Shown: positions 38,790-47,791 of the stretch, one piece after another
Layout: the number at the start of each line of letters is the position of its first letter
Position numbering within the stretch: the first letter of the stretch is position 1
Virus record (IMG/VR): IMGVR_UViG_3300027917_000060
Location: 1 to 51,243 of that record
Direction: 5' to 3' (one strand)
Source: a virus
Lineage: Duplodnaviria; Caudoviricetes
Length of the DNA: 51,243 bases
The notes under the pieces: model-generated
What the model was told of the DNA's origin: nothing
Database searches by the model: none
The model's input: the letters and a program-made list of their open reading frames with translations, nothing else
Translations under genes and position numbers: made by a program

Positions 38790-39058
38790 GTACCTTCCCT
38801 ACTGATGGGGTGCGGCGCCCATTTGTCTCGCCGACCAGTATCGTTGCTGCTGTTCATCGGTGTGACAACTGGGTCGACGGGTGCCGTCATGTGTGGGGCG
38901 TGTTGATATGCATCTCGCGAGATGCCATCACGGGGGATTGATCCAGACATTTTGTACACCTGCCCTGCCTCTCCCATCTGAATCACGGTGCTCTCGCCTT
39001 CACCAAGCACGCGCTTTGCACTCGGCTTCCCGATCACTCCTTGCCGCAATCTAGCCAT
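38786..39058 (-). CDS. Hypothetical protein
   Basis: AGGAG RBS; starts just after the TerL stop. Confidence 0.6.
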   Translation of the reverse strand: MARLRQGVIGKPSAKRVLGEGESTVIQMGEAGQVYKMSGSIPRDGISRDAYQHAPHMTAPVDPVVTPMNSSNDTGRRDKWAPHPISREGT

Positions 39059-39059
39059 A

Positions 39060-40847
39060 CTAATTCTCCTTCCTAGGCAGTTTGCCCCAATCTATACGCT
39101 CGCTCCTACCCTTATCATAGTGATCGAAGTGCGGAATAGCCAAGCTGCCGTCTTCTTGGAGCCCGTAACGACCTGTCGGGTCGTCATTCGTCGATTTTGC
39201 TGGTGTGGCAAGCGCGGCACGGTTAAAAGTAGGCGTCGAGAGCTGGCGTGGGCGTAGATTTCGCACTTTCCACGCTTTTGCGTCACGAGTATGGGGGCGG
39301 ACGCGAATATCGGGGTGGAACGCCAGGCTCAGTGCGTCGATCGTGTCGTCGTGCGACCACTGGCCCATGTGAACCGCTTCGTCGACTATGACCTTGTGGA
39401 TGTTTTGCGGGAACCCCTGGACGAAGTGGATTTGACGTGCCATCGCGGGGTGTTGAAGGGCTTCGACGATGCGGACGAACTTCCGCCCCTGACCGCGCAC
39501 GTTGAGTGGGAAGATGGTGAGCGGGAGGTTTGCGCGGTTGAACTCACTACGCACCCATCCGAAAAAGGTATCCTCGCCGACTTTTTCCTTACAGAAGTTC
39601 GTGACGCTGTAGCCATGATCCGCCTTGCACTTCTGGTGCATGCTGATAATACGTTCAATGAACTCGCGGCCTTTGAGTTTGTCGCTGCGTAGAGCATCGG
39701 TGAGGTACAGGTGTCCGTAACTGTCGAAATGCCCGACGAACGCGACGGTGTAGTCGCCTCGCATCAAGATCTGCTCGTCCTTGGTCGCAGAGTCTACGAA
39801 GAACGCGCTGAACACGACGCCGCCAGGCAGGCGCGGTATCCACGTATCAAACCACTCTTCCTCGAACTTCTTCCCCGCTGGTGACATGCAGACGTTCATG
39901 TACTGCTTCCACCAGTCTTCCTCGCCACGCTTGGCGTCCATGGAGTACTGCGCGAGTTCTTGCAGCAACGTCTCACGGCTCCACACGGTGGGGAGGATCG
40001 GCTCGCCTTCGACACGGGGGTTCGTGACGGGGGCGCCGTGTTCGTCTTCGAGGCAGTGGCGAACCTTGGACTCGAACGCTGTGCTTACTTGCAGCGAGGT
40101 GTCTACTTCGTCGCCTCGGTCCTCGCCAAGCATTGCGCCGTAGATGTCGTTGTAGGCCCAACGCGTCCCGACAACGAACATCATGTTGTAAGCGCCGGTT
40201 TTGTCGACGATAGGAATTAAGTCGTTGAAGTCCTTGAGCGATTTGTCGGCTTGCTCGGGAGTGTTGACGTGACGTTTCTCGATGGGGTCATCGGCGATGA
40301 GTATGTCGCAACGTCGGCCCGCAACAGGCGCGCCAAGGTAAAAACTACGAAACGTCGGATCGATGAGGTTGTGGGCGTCACGTAGAGGGTGGGTAAAGTC
40401 ATAAGTGCGCCCAAACTGCTGGTCACGTTTGACGCGGTACTCGGGGAATACGCTGAGGAAATGCTCGTTGTACTGGAATTGACGCTTGACCATCTGGCAG
40501 AAGTGCTGCGCGGTGTCGTCGAGGGCTGAGACGAGGATGATGCGTACATTGGGGTCCCTTACGATGCGCCAGACTGCGTGTGCGATCGTGACAAGATACG
40601 TTTTGCGATGCCCGCGCGGCATGAGCAGCAGTTTGCGCGCGCCTTTCTTGTCCGTGCCGACCCACTCGCAGACGGGCAGGTGCAGCTTGTCGTAGTAGTG
40701 CGTAGGCGCCGTGTCGGGCCAAAGCACTTCCGTGGCGAAGAACCACAGATCCTTGAGGCCGAGTTCGCGCGTCTGGATGCGGAGTTCCTCATCCATGAAC
40801 GCGAGGACTTCGAGGTCCTCAGCTGTGGCTAGCTTGTCTTTTGCCAT
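39060..40847 (-). CDS. terL: Terminase large subunit
   Basis: Walker A MPRGHRKT, Walker B ILIADDP, GTRW coupling motif, QYMN, and nuclease residues VDSA, GDYT, HDDTIDA. Confidence 0.95.
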   Translation of the reverse strand: MAKDKLATAEDLEVLAFMDEELRIQTRELGLKDLWFFATEVLWPDTAPTHYYDKLHLPVCEWVGTDKKGARKLLLMPRGHRKTYLVTIAHAVWRIVRDPNVRIILVSALDDTAQHFCQMVKRQFQYNEHFLSVFPEYRVKRDQQFGRTYDFTHPLRDAHNLIDPTFRSFYLGAPVAGRRCDILIADDPIEKRHVNTPEQADKSLKDFNDLIPIVDKTGAYNMMFVVGTRWAYNDIYGAMLGEDRGDEVDTSLQVSTAFESKVRHCLEDEHGAPVTNPRVEGEPILPTVWSRETLLQELAQYSMDAKRGEEDWWKQYMNVCMSPAGKKFEEEWFDTWIPRLPGGVVFSAFFVDSATKDEQILMRGDYTVAFVGHFDSYGHLYLTDALRSDKLKGREFIERIISMHQKCKADHGYSVTNFCKEKVGEDTFFGWVRSEFNRANLPLTIFPLNVRGQGRKFVRIVEALQHPAMARQIHFVQGFPQNIHKVIVDEAVHMGQWSHDDTIDALSLAFHPDIRVRPHTRDAKAWKVRNLRPRQLSTPTFNRAALATPAKSTNDDPTGRYGLQEDGSLAIPHFDHYDKGRSERIDWGKLPRKEN

Positions 40848-41116
40848 AAACGATAGTTACGGTATGCGACGGCGCCGTAGACGATGCCGCCTGCTGCATA
40901 CATCCACCATGGGACGCCGATGAGCAGTAGCAAGACGAACACGATGACTTTGATTGCGGCGAGCGCGGTGCGCTTGCCCTCCTTCTCCATCAACCAGCGG
41001 ATGATGGGGTTCGCCTCTTTGTAGCCCGTACTGTCAACTAGCACGCGCTTCGAGGTGTAGAAGTCTGCGGCGGCGCCAAGGATGAAGACTGCGATGCCTA
41101 GCGCGAACAGCATCAT
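40829..41116 (-). CDS. Small multi-TM protein (DUF5658-like)
   Basis: D..T....G..EANP motif with three hydrophobic segments. Confidence 0.6.
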   Translation of the reverse strand: MMLFALGIAVFILGAAADFYTSKRVLVDSTGYKEANPIIRWLMEKEGKRTALAAIKVIVFVLLLLIGVPWWMYAAGGIVYGAVAYRNYRLWQKTS

Positions 41117-41223
41117 TTCACGCGCTTCTTTGGATCAGGGCATTCTGGGCACCCTGGGCACTCACCATAGCTGTCCACCATGCACTGGTGGCAAATCAGA
41201 AACTCGCCGTGTGGGCATTTCAT
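41113..41223 (-). CDS. Cys-rich micro-protein (36 aa)
   Basis: Read by hand: MKCPHGEFLICHQCMVDSYGECPGCPECPDPKKRVK; GGAG RBS; ATGA overlap with the next gene. Confidence 0.5.
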   Translation of the reverse strand: MKCPHGEFLICHQCMVDSYGECPGCPECPDPKKRVK

Positions 41224-41362
41224 CACTTACTCCACTTCGCCTTCAACGCGTCGAGCAATTTCCACGCGATCATCACGATCGCGACGAGCAGCCCTAGCTT
41301 CCAGCCGATGCGAATCACTGCGTCGGCGATGTCCTGAGGTGCCCAGTTTGAGATCGCGATAA

Positions 41363-41599
41363 TCATCGATATTGATTAATCCGCCCTCCGCGACGACTCT
41401 CTGAGTCCTTGTGACATTGGGGACACTCCCATCTGATACGCTCGGGCCGGTGATACCCGCGAGTATGATGCCCCGAGAGTAGAGTTCGTTCTGTAGGCAT
41501 ATGGCACACAGCGCATCGAAGTGGTTTCTCGATATGACCGCGCCGTACACCGTCGCGGACAAACTGCATGGCGTGGAGATGTTCAGGCGTCTTAGGCAT
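41363..41599 (-). CDS. HNH-type endonuclease-like protein
   Basis: CxxC...HH..GY.RP..I.W.CxxCH pattern; close to the terminase genes. Confidence 0.65.
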   Translation of the reverse strand: MPKTPEHLHAMQFVRDGVRRGHIEKPLRCAVCHMPTERTLLSGHHTRGYHRPERIRWECPQCHKDSESRRGGRINQYR

Positions 41600-41602
41600 G
41601 AG

Positions 41603-41812
41603 TTACCGTGAGTGCCAAGTATTATCTTGGTACCAAATCGTCGACGGAATCGGCGCGTTGAAGCAGCCGTATGGCCAGTCTTCGTTTGGCGGCGTGTACG
41701 TGATGCCGCCTGTCGCTTTTCGTTTTGGCACCTCCCACAAGCAGCTGTCTTCGACATGCGCTAGCTCGTCCCAAATCGACTTACGCGCTTCGTCGTCAAC
41801 TCTGTTCTGCAT
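41603..41812 (-). CDS. Hypothetical protein
   Basis: GGAG RBS; fits operon packing. Confidence 0.5.
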   Translation of the reverse strand: MQNRVDDEARKSIWDELAHVEDSCLWEVPKRKATGGITYTPPNEDWPYGCFNAPIPSTIWYQDNTWHSR

Positions 41813-41996
41813 GCTCTACACTCCACACTTCCCCATCGAACAATGAGCGCGTCAACTTCCACCCCCAACGATGCACCGGGCCGTCGAAGATCGCCTCGCG
41901 GCACGTTGGGCAAAACAAGCATTTCCACGCGAAGATTCCACACACAAATCGCGTCTCGACCATTTCCTTGGCGACGCGACATCCGCGACAGTTCAT
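41796..41996 (-). CDS. Small Zn-ribbon-like protein
   Basis: CxxC and CxxCxxC motifs; AGGAG RBS. Confidence 0.5.
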   Translation of the reverse strand: MNCRGCRVAKEMVETRFVCGIFAWKCLFCPTCREAIFDGPVHRWGWKLTRSLFDGEVWSVEHAEQS

Positions 41997-42004
41997 ACAA
42001 GCTC

Positions 42005-42196
42005 CTAGGTTTTTGGTTTACCGTTCTCGGCGCGGCGTTCGATCGCGTTTGCGACTTTCGATCCGAAGACAGCCGCACCCGCCGCGATGATCATCGTCGA
42101 CGCTCCGGTGAAGTCGCCCTTGCAGATCCACGCCATGTATGCGCAGAACACTATGAACACGATATTGGTTGCCAGCGTGCGCTTGCCCTTCAACAT
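42005..42196 (-). CDS. Small two-TM protein (holin-like)
   Basis: LKGKRT N-terminus, two hydrophobic segments, charged tail; TGATG overlap. Confidence 0.55.
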   Translation of the reverse strand: MLKGKRTLATNIVFIVFCAYMAWICKGDFTGASTMIIAAGAAVFGSKVANAIERRAENGKPKT

Positions 42197-42744
42197 CAGT
42201 TCACATCCTCTGGAGCGCCCGCAGTACGCTTGCGTTCGATCTCTGCGAGCGCCTCCTCAGCTTGTTTGATCTGCACTTCTTTCTTGCGCAAGAGCATGCT
42301 CTTGAGTCGCTTTTCTTTTTCCTCGCGCTCTTTCTTGTACGCAGTCATCGAGACGCGACGCGGCTTCTTGCGCATCTCGTCCTGCCAACGAATCTCTTGC
42401 TTCGAGCCTTCGAGCGTAGTAATCGCGCGCAGGGCTACGTCCGCTTTGTCTTTGATGGAGACGCGTAGGTCACGCATCTCTTCGCGCGTGAGGCGTAGGA
42501 AGTATTCGAGGATCGTGCGTGCTTGCAGCCCGATCCGCATTTCAAGCTCGTCAAGATTGACGATACCAAATGAGCGTGATTCTAGTGCAGCTTGTTCGTC
42601 GAGAGTGCGTGATGTCTTACTTAGTATCGACGCAGGGTCCTCAGCGATCGGAGTTTTCTTCGCGACGTCACCTGCCCCTGTCAGCCGCTTGCTTTCCTCA
42701 AGCTCCTTGCGCTCCTTCTCTCGTTGTTTCGCTTTGCTCATCAC
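42196..42744 (-). CDS. Putative terminase small subunit
   Basis: 182-aa helical, charged protein near the start of the packaging operon. Assigned by position only. Confidence 0.4.
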   Translation of the reverse strand: MMSKAKQREKERKELEESKRLTGAGDVAKKTPIAEDPASILSKTSRTLDEQAALESRSFGIVNLDELEMRIGLQARTILEYFLRLTREEMRDLRVSIKDKADVALRAITTLEGSKQEIRWQDEMRKKPRRVSMTAYKKEREEKEKRLKSMLLRKKEVQIKQAEEALAEIERKRTAGAPEDVN

Positions 42745-43303
42745 TAGGTAATTTACGATCCTGTGCTAAGCGATCAACCACGGCGCCGATCGTGCGGACT
42801 TCACGAGCTGCAGCGCACTTGACACAGCGCGGAGAATCGCAAGGCTCGCGATAGAACTTGTGCCCAGGACGGTGCCAATTATACGTCTCAACGATAGGCG
42901 CATTGTGCAGCTTCTTGTTGCAGTTCGACTTTACCATAGTTTTGCCCGTCGGATCTGGGAAGAGCACGACGTGTGCCCAACGCAAGTGAAATCCGTTACC
43001 GATAGCAGCACGAATCGGTTTGCTCATTCCTCGTTGAATCAGCAGCAATTCCTCGAATCTTCCGTACTCCGCGTCCTCGTAGTGGCTGATCTTCCACCCG
43101 TGCGATTCAAGCTCAGCCACGATCTTTTCTCGCTCCGTTTCGTTGACAGGCGGGAAGCGTGATGGTCGCCCTCCCTTCCAGTACGCTATGTCCTTGAGCC
43201 CACCATGTGTGTGCTTGCACTTGGCAGAGCACCACTTGAAGCCGGTCCCATAGGCGTGTACGTCGAACTCCTCTCCGCAGCCCTTACAGACGGCTAGGCG
43301 CAT
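42698..43303 (-). CDS. Zn-finger-containing hypothetical protein, first gene of the leftward operon
   Basis: AGGAGG RBS; CxxC...CSxxC N-terminus and a second Cys cluster. Confidence 0.7.
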   Translation of the reverse strand: MRLAVCKGCGEEFDVHAYGTGFKWCSAKCKHTHGGLKDIAYWKGGRPSRFPPVNETEREKIVAELESHGWKISHYEDAEYGRFEELLLIQRGMSKPIRAAIGNGFHLRWAHVVLFPDPTGKTMVKSNCNKKLHNAPIVETYNWHRPGHKFYREPCDSPRCVKCAAAREVRTIGAVVDRLAQDRKLPSDEQSETTREGAQGA

Positions 43304-43318
43304 CTTGACCTCCTAGGA

Positions 43319-43656
43319 ATTTTATACTACTCACCCTTGAGCAGTAAGCATTAAGTTAACTCGTATATATCAGTATACAAATCTGCGCCTGGAAGTCAAG
43401 CACTAAGTTGGTGCGGTATAAAGTTATAGGGAAATAGAAGAATAGGAGAGAAATGTTGGCACACACATTGCTATAATACTATATATAATTACAAATCTTT
43501 ACTTCGCACATATAGTAGTAGTATGTAGGTGTATTCTTACATTACTCTATAACTTTATACCGCGCCGAGTAAGTACAGGAAAAGCAGTCTAGGATTTGTA
43601 TACTGGTTTATACTGGTTTCCTAAGCGTACTATTTGCAACAAGAGTAGTATAAAAT
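43319..43656. repeat. Large AT-rich dyad-symmetric element (nested inverted repeats about position 43488)
   Basis: Perfect inverted pairs: 43319-32/43643-56 (14 bp), 43371-83/43593-605 (13 bp), 43413-29/43547-63 (17 bp), 43438-44/43532-38 (7 bp). Confidence 0.9.
43372..43399 (-). promoter_or_regulatory. Sigma70-type promoter for the leftward operon
   Basis: TTGACT-16 nt-TATACT, about 70 nt upstream of the ATG at 43303. Confidence 0.6.
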
Positions 43657-44045
43657 AGCTTTCGCCTCGGCTACGCTTAGCTACATTATATTCCAAGAGT
43701 GCTTAGCTTCACTGCGCCTAGGCGCCTCGGCGTCACGCAACGCCACGACGCCTCGCTGCCTCGTGTGTCGCGTAACTCGCTGAGGCGACTCGCACTTGCG
43801 GGCGGCTGCGACGCTTTTGTTGCAGTCAGCGCCCCTGCGACACGGATGTTACACCAAGGCGCCTCGCCCCGGCGCCAAGCTTATAATAGCTCTATTTGAG
43901 CACCCCGGCCTCATTAGTATAACTAGAAAAAATTCGGGCGTAAGTTCTTTTATTACGCGCGCTTAGGCGGTGGGGGAGGGTGGGGGCATGTCTCGGGCTA
44001 AGGGGTGCAAGGACGGAATGAACCGTCTACGTACAGGCAAAGGAG

Positions 44046-44474
44046 ATGCCTATGTTACGCGAATTGAAGTGGAAGCCGTCCACCAAGGTGGCCAAGGTTG
44101 ACAAGATTGTCGACGGTGAGACGATCACCGTTGACAAGATTGGCGACGATGGTAAGAAAGTACGCGAAATTGCCGCATACAATCTTCTCGCAGTCGTCGA
44201 AGATGAGGATGGGAACCAAAAAGCCCTGAATCTCGCAACAACGGTCAACCGAATGGATCGAACCGCAGAGGATTGCAAACTCTTTTACGGATTCGACGAT
44301 CCAATTGCAGGCACACTGTCAGAACGTGCGGATAACATCCACCAAGGGATGCAAGCCAAGGCAAAAGAGTACGCCAAGCAACTCAAAGCCCAGGTGAAAT
44401 TCGCCGCATCGCGGACGACAAAAGAGCGAAAAGAGACGACCCTCGACGCCGGGGCGCTCGAATTCGCAGAGTAA
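44046..44474 (+). CDS. Hypothetical protein, first rightward gene
   Basis: AAGGAG RBS; 142 aa; followed by a strong hairpin. Confidence 0.75.
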   Translation: MPMLRELKWKPSTKVAKVDKIVDGETITVDKIGDDGKKVREIAAYNLLAVVEDEDGNQKALNLATTVNRMDRTAEDCKLFYGFDDPIAGTLSERADNIHQGMQAKAKEYAKQLKAQVKFAASRTTKERKETTLDAGALEFAE

Positions 44475-44493
44475 CCCACAACAAGCACAACGA

Positions 44494-44532
44494 GTTAGGA
44501 GCCAGGGACAACGACAGTCCTTGGCTCCTAGC
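44494..44532 (+). other. 16-bp intergenic hairpin (processing site or terminator-like)
   Basis: GTTAGGAGCCAGGGAC/GTCCTTGGCTCCTAGC; no U-tract. Confidence 0.6.
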
Positions 44533-44890
44533 CATATACCCTAGGAGCAAATGAGATGAACTCACTACGTTACGCACTGGGTATTCTCGCACGTGCGTGC
44601 GCCTGGATCGCCGTGGGCTTCGTCGTTGTCGCGTTCTGCGTTCTATTCACGCATTTCTTCAGCGTGCTCTGGCGTGACGTGTTCTAGCTCTGCACGTGCG
44701 TAGAGCGTAGCGCACATGTTAAGCACGTGTGCGTTGCTCTGTGCGCTTGTGCACATGTCGAAGTAAGGAGGCGCGTATGTTCCCCCGCTTACGCAATGAC
44801 ATCATCGCTCTGTGCATCGTCACGGCGTTCTGCCTGACGTTGCTCGTGTGTTATACGTAGCGCCACGTATAGGCGCAGAGAGGAGAAAGC

Positions 44891-45172
44891 ATGGCAAGGA
44901 GAGGTATTAGCGCCACCATGGACGGTGAGTTGCGCGTGGACGGCAAGGAGATCATCTGCCCACTGACAAAGCGTCCTGTGCGCTTCGCACCCAGTGCGGA
45001 CGCGAACATGGGCAAGGCAGTGGAGTTCTTGCGTGAGTTGGTGCAGACACGCGCTGCACTGTACGCACTCGAAGGTAACACGTTGCTTGTGGCAGCGCTC
45101 GACGCTCGCATCGCGCATGTGAGTGAGCGTGTGGAGCGAATGGCCGCGAGTGACACGTACGGAAAGCGCTGA
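44891..45172 (+). CDS. Hypothetical protein
   Basis: GAGGAG RBS; 93 aa. Confidence 0.65.
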   Translation: MARRGISATMDGELRVDGKEIICPLTKRPVRFAPSADANMGKAVEFLRELVQTRAALYALEGNTLLVAALDARIAHVSERVERMAASDTYGKR

Positions 45173-45298
45173 GATGCACGCAACTACGTGGCTTAGCGTC
45201 GTGCTGTGCGTACTGGTAGTCACTGGGCTAGTTGTAGGTGGCTACTTCGCGTATCTAGTAACCAGAGAACTCCACAAGCTGCGTAACAAGGAGTAGGC

Positions 45299-45517
45299 AT
45301 GGACAACGCACAACGCGACACATGGATTGATGCTATCGCAGCGTCCATTGCGCTGAGCGGTGGCGAACTGCCCAAGCCTGTGCGGTGTAGGATTTGTGGC
45401 AAGCACAAGCCGTTACGCAGCGTGGCTGGGCATCTCGTGTGCTTGGGCTGTTGTCGCGTGCACCTGGGATTCAACGAGAACGCGCACAAGAAGCGTCCCA
45501 AACAACTCAAGGAGTAG
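45299..45517 (+). CDS. Small Zn-finger-like protein
   Basis: AAGGAG RBS; two CxxC motifs. Confidence 0.6.
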   Translation: MDNAQRDTWIDAIAASIALSGGELPKPVRCRICGKHKPLRSVAGHLVCLGCCRVHLGFNENAHKKRPKQLKE

Positions 45518-45521
45518 CGTC

Positions 45522-45734
45522 ATGCGTTGCATTCGCTGCAATGAGGAGTTCGAGGCCAAGCGTGCACGCGCTGGCTACAACCTCTGCAAGGATTGTGGTG
45601 ATGAGTACGCAAGTGAGTTGATTGAGGCAAGGAGCAAGGAGACTGCGCCACTGTACAACAAGGGGCCATACATGCTCATTCCACGTATGCGTGGCGCAAC
45701 GAAATCGTTGGGTAAGAAAGGAGAAAGCAAGTGA
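45522..45734 (+). CDS. C4 Zn-finger protein (DksA/TraR-finger-like)
   Basis: AAGGAG RBS; CIRC...KR..AGY.LCKDC followed by PLYNKGPYM. Confidence 0.65.
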   Translation: MRCIRCNEEFEAKRARAGYNLCKDCGDEYASELIEARSKETAPLYNKGPYMLIPRMRGATKSLGKKGESK

Positions 45735-46090
45735 AGAAGTCGTACAAGCTACTCACGTGGCGCAAGAACCGTGAGACGGCGCAAGAGCGCAAGGCACGCG
45801 CTGTGGAGAAGTGCGTCGTGCCGCAAGATCAGTACAGCCTCGCGTTGTTTCATGGCGGGCAGTATTTGGGGCACTGGGCGTTGGATTGGACGGAAGGGCG
45901 GATCATCCTGGACCAAGAACTCGTCAACGGTGTCGTGGACGCGATTCGGGAGTTTGAGGCGCACGTACGTGAAGCAGGCGTGGTGTTCAAGGCCACGCCG
46001 TGCCCTGAAGGTGGTCTGCACGGTGATAATCACTCGTGTCCTTCGTGTCGTGCGGTGGCGCGGCCTCATGGTGAGAAGGAGGACTCGTGA
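45731..46090 (+). CDS. Hypothetical protein
   Basis: AGGAG RBS; GTGA overlap. Confidence 0.6.
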   Translation: MKKSYKLLTWRKNRETAQERKARAVEKCVVPQDQYSLALFHGGQYLGHWALDWTEGRIILDQELVNGVVDAIREFEAHVREAGVVFKATPCPEGGLHGDNHSCPSCRAVARPHGEKEDS

Positions 46091-46260
46091 TGGACGAACC
46101 AGCGTACGCCGTCACATTTCGCTGCATGGCGTGTGGATGGACATACGTGTGCGGGGATCACAGTGACGCGGATCTGAAGGTGCTTATTGGGCACGCGACC
46201 GCTGTGTGCTTCAAGGCCCCGATCCGCGTGGACGTGGAGGAGATCCATGCCAGTTCATGA
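46090..46260 (+). CDS. Small hypothetical protein (56 aa, CxxC)
   Basis: GGAGG RBS, TGATG overlap; MDEPAYAVTFRCMACGW... Confidence 0.5.
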   Translation: MDEPAYAVTFRCMACGWTYVCGDHSDADLKVLIGHATAVCFKAPIRVDVEEIHASS

Positions 46261-46516
46261 ACGCGCTCAAGGACTCAACCCAGTCAAGGTCATACGCAAG
46301 CTCGAAGCAGGCGAAGCGTTCACAGGGCGCATCAACTTCGAGTTGTGGGAGGATAGCTTCCAGGTTGCGTTGTATCTCGTGCGGCGTATCCCTGGCCAGC
46401 GTCAGCCTACGTGGACGTATCGCATTGCGAACCCAGCAGAGTTTGCGCAGCTTGCGTTCAGTGCTGCGGAGGTGCATGCTGCCGAGGCGATGCGCAAGTT
46501 GGAGGAGAAGCCATGA
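46247..46516 (+). CDS. Hypothetical protein
   Basis: GGAGG RBS before the ATG at 46247. Confidence 0.6.
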   Translation: MPVHERAQGLNPVKVIRKLEAGEAFTGRINFELWEDSFQVALYLVRRIPGQRQPTWTYRIANPAEFAQLAFSAAEVHAAEAMRKLEEKP

Positions 46517-46773
46517 GACCCCCCACGATCATCACCACGTCGAAGAAGTGCGCTAACGACGCGCACGACTGGTTTATGGAAGCGCACGGCCCTGGGTGGA
46601 ATCGACCTTGGTATTGCCGTCGTTGTGGCTTCACCATTGGCTCTGATGACATGTGGTTGTATCGCAGCGTCATTGCGCTAGAACGCAAGCTAGATCGCTT
46701 GATGCTTGCGTTGAATGTGAGCAAGGGTGGGCTAGAGGACGAGGAGATCAAGGCAGGAGGGCAAGAATCATGA
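46513..46773 (+). CDS. Hypothetical protein (Cys/His motif)
   Basis: GGAGG RBS, ATGA overlap. Confidence 0.6.
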   Translation: MRPPTIITTSKKCANDAHDWFMEAHGPGWNRPWYCRRCGFTIGSDDMWLYRSVIALERKLDRLMLALNVSKGGLEDEEIKAGGQES

Positions 46774-46958
46774 GCACACGAACTTGTTGGGCAACATTCA
46801 TTTTCACCACTTTTGCCTATCTTACCATCGTTGGGATGGCGCTTTACTACAGTACGACTACCAGCATGGTTAACTCGTACGTGTTTCTGCTGGCGACAGC
46901 AGGGTACTCGGTGTTCACGAAGTGGATTACAGAGAAGTGGAAGGATAGCAAGCCATGA
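46770..46958 (+). CDS. Small two-TM membrane protein
   Basis: AGGAGG RBS, ATGA overlap, two hydrophobic segments. Confidence 0.6.
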   Translation: MSTRTCWATFIFTTFAYLTIVGMALYYSTTTSMVNSYVFLLATAGYSVFTKWITEKWKDSKP

Positions 46959-47263
46959 GCACCCCCAAGCTCTCACCCGAGTTGCAAGCGGAGTACAACG
47001 CTGCGATGGCGGATTACGAAGCACTTGAGAAAGTGCTCAACGCGCCCGGTGGTGATAAGGAAGCGTTGTATAGAGTGCGCGCGGCCAAGCGCTCACTCGA
47101 AAACCAGCACAACATCCTCAAGCTGTACGAGCATCTCGCGTTCTTCGTGGATACGCAGCACAGGCTAAGCAAGATGGTTAACGTGCTCACGATCAGCGTG
47201 ATCATCATCGCGATGCTGCTGGCTGTGAACGCCCTCGCCACCATCATCTTCAAAGCCCCATAG
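46955..47263 (+). CDS. Hypothetical protein with C-terminal TM segment
   Basis: ATGA overlap; its stop codon lies inside the tRNA gene. Confidence 0.6.
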   Translation: MSTPKLSPELQAEYNAAMADYEALEKVLNAPGGDKEALYRVRAAKRSLENQHNILKLYEHLAFFVDTQHRLSKMVNVLTISVIIIAMLLAVNALATIIFKAP

Positions 47264-47329
47264 CTCAGTAGGTAGAGCAGCACGCTCATAACGTGCAGTG
47301 CGCAGGTTCGAGTCCTGCTGGGGCTACCA
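47254..47329 (+). tRNA. tRNA with CAT anticodon, probably Ile2 (lysidine type)
   Basis: Full cloverleaf: AGCCCCA/TGGGGCT acceptor, GCACG-CTCATAA-CGTGC anticodon arm, encoded ACCA. The acceptor resembles ileX-type tRNAs rather than Met/fMet. Confidence 0.9.
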
Positions 47330-47351
47330 GTGCGCGCTGCAAGGAGGAAGT

Positions 47352-47555
47352 ATGGCTTACCAACCAGGCGAGGTTGGGAGGGCGATGCAAGCGATCAATG
47401 AAGCGCTCTTTCAAATCTCTAAGGACGTTGCCGCGCAGACCAAATACCTCTGCGCCATCTCGCTGATCATGTCGATGCACGTGATGCGACACATGAACAA
47501 GAAGGACCAAGACGAGCTGCAGAAAGAGCTGAAGAAGGTGGTGAAAGATGAGTGA
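47352..47555 (+). CDS. Hypothetical protein
   Basis: AAGGAGG RBS before MAYQPGE. Confidence 0.65.
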   Translation: MAYQPGEVGRAMQAINEALFQISKDVAAQTKYLCAISLIMSMHVMRHMNKKDQDELQKELKKVVKDE

Positions 47556-47787
47556 TGACAAGGTGCTCGGTGTCAAGCTCGGCGCCAAGATCGTTGAGCA
47601 GCTAGCGCTCGCAGTCGATGCGCTTGGCAACGTCGAGGAGTGCGTGCGTCAAACGCGCGAAGCACTCAACCAAGGCGACGTGGAAGCAGTGCATCGTCAT
47701 TTCAACGCGTTGACTGCATTGGCTGGTCAACTCAAGCGTCACGCAGGTACGTATGTATTTCTTGTCGACTTCGAGAAAGGAGGTTGA
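47548..47787 (+). CDS. Hypothetical protein
   Basis: Overlap-coupled, 79 aa. Confidence 0.6.
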   Translation: MSDDKVLGVKLGAKIVEQLALAVDALGNVEECVRQTREALNQGDVEAVHRHFNALTALAGQLKRHAGTYVFLVDFEKGG

Positions 47788-47791
47788 GTAG

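Noticed and set aside
47254-47329. tRNA as a prophage attachment site
   Set aside because: No integrase, no duplicated tRNA 3' end, and phage-like genes lie on both sides.
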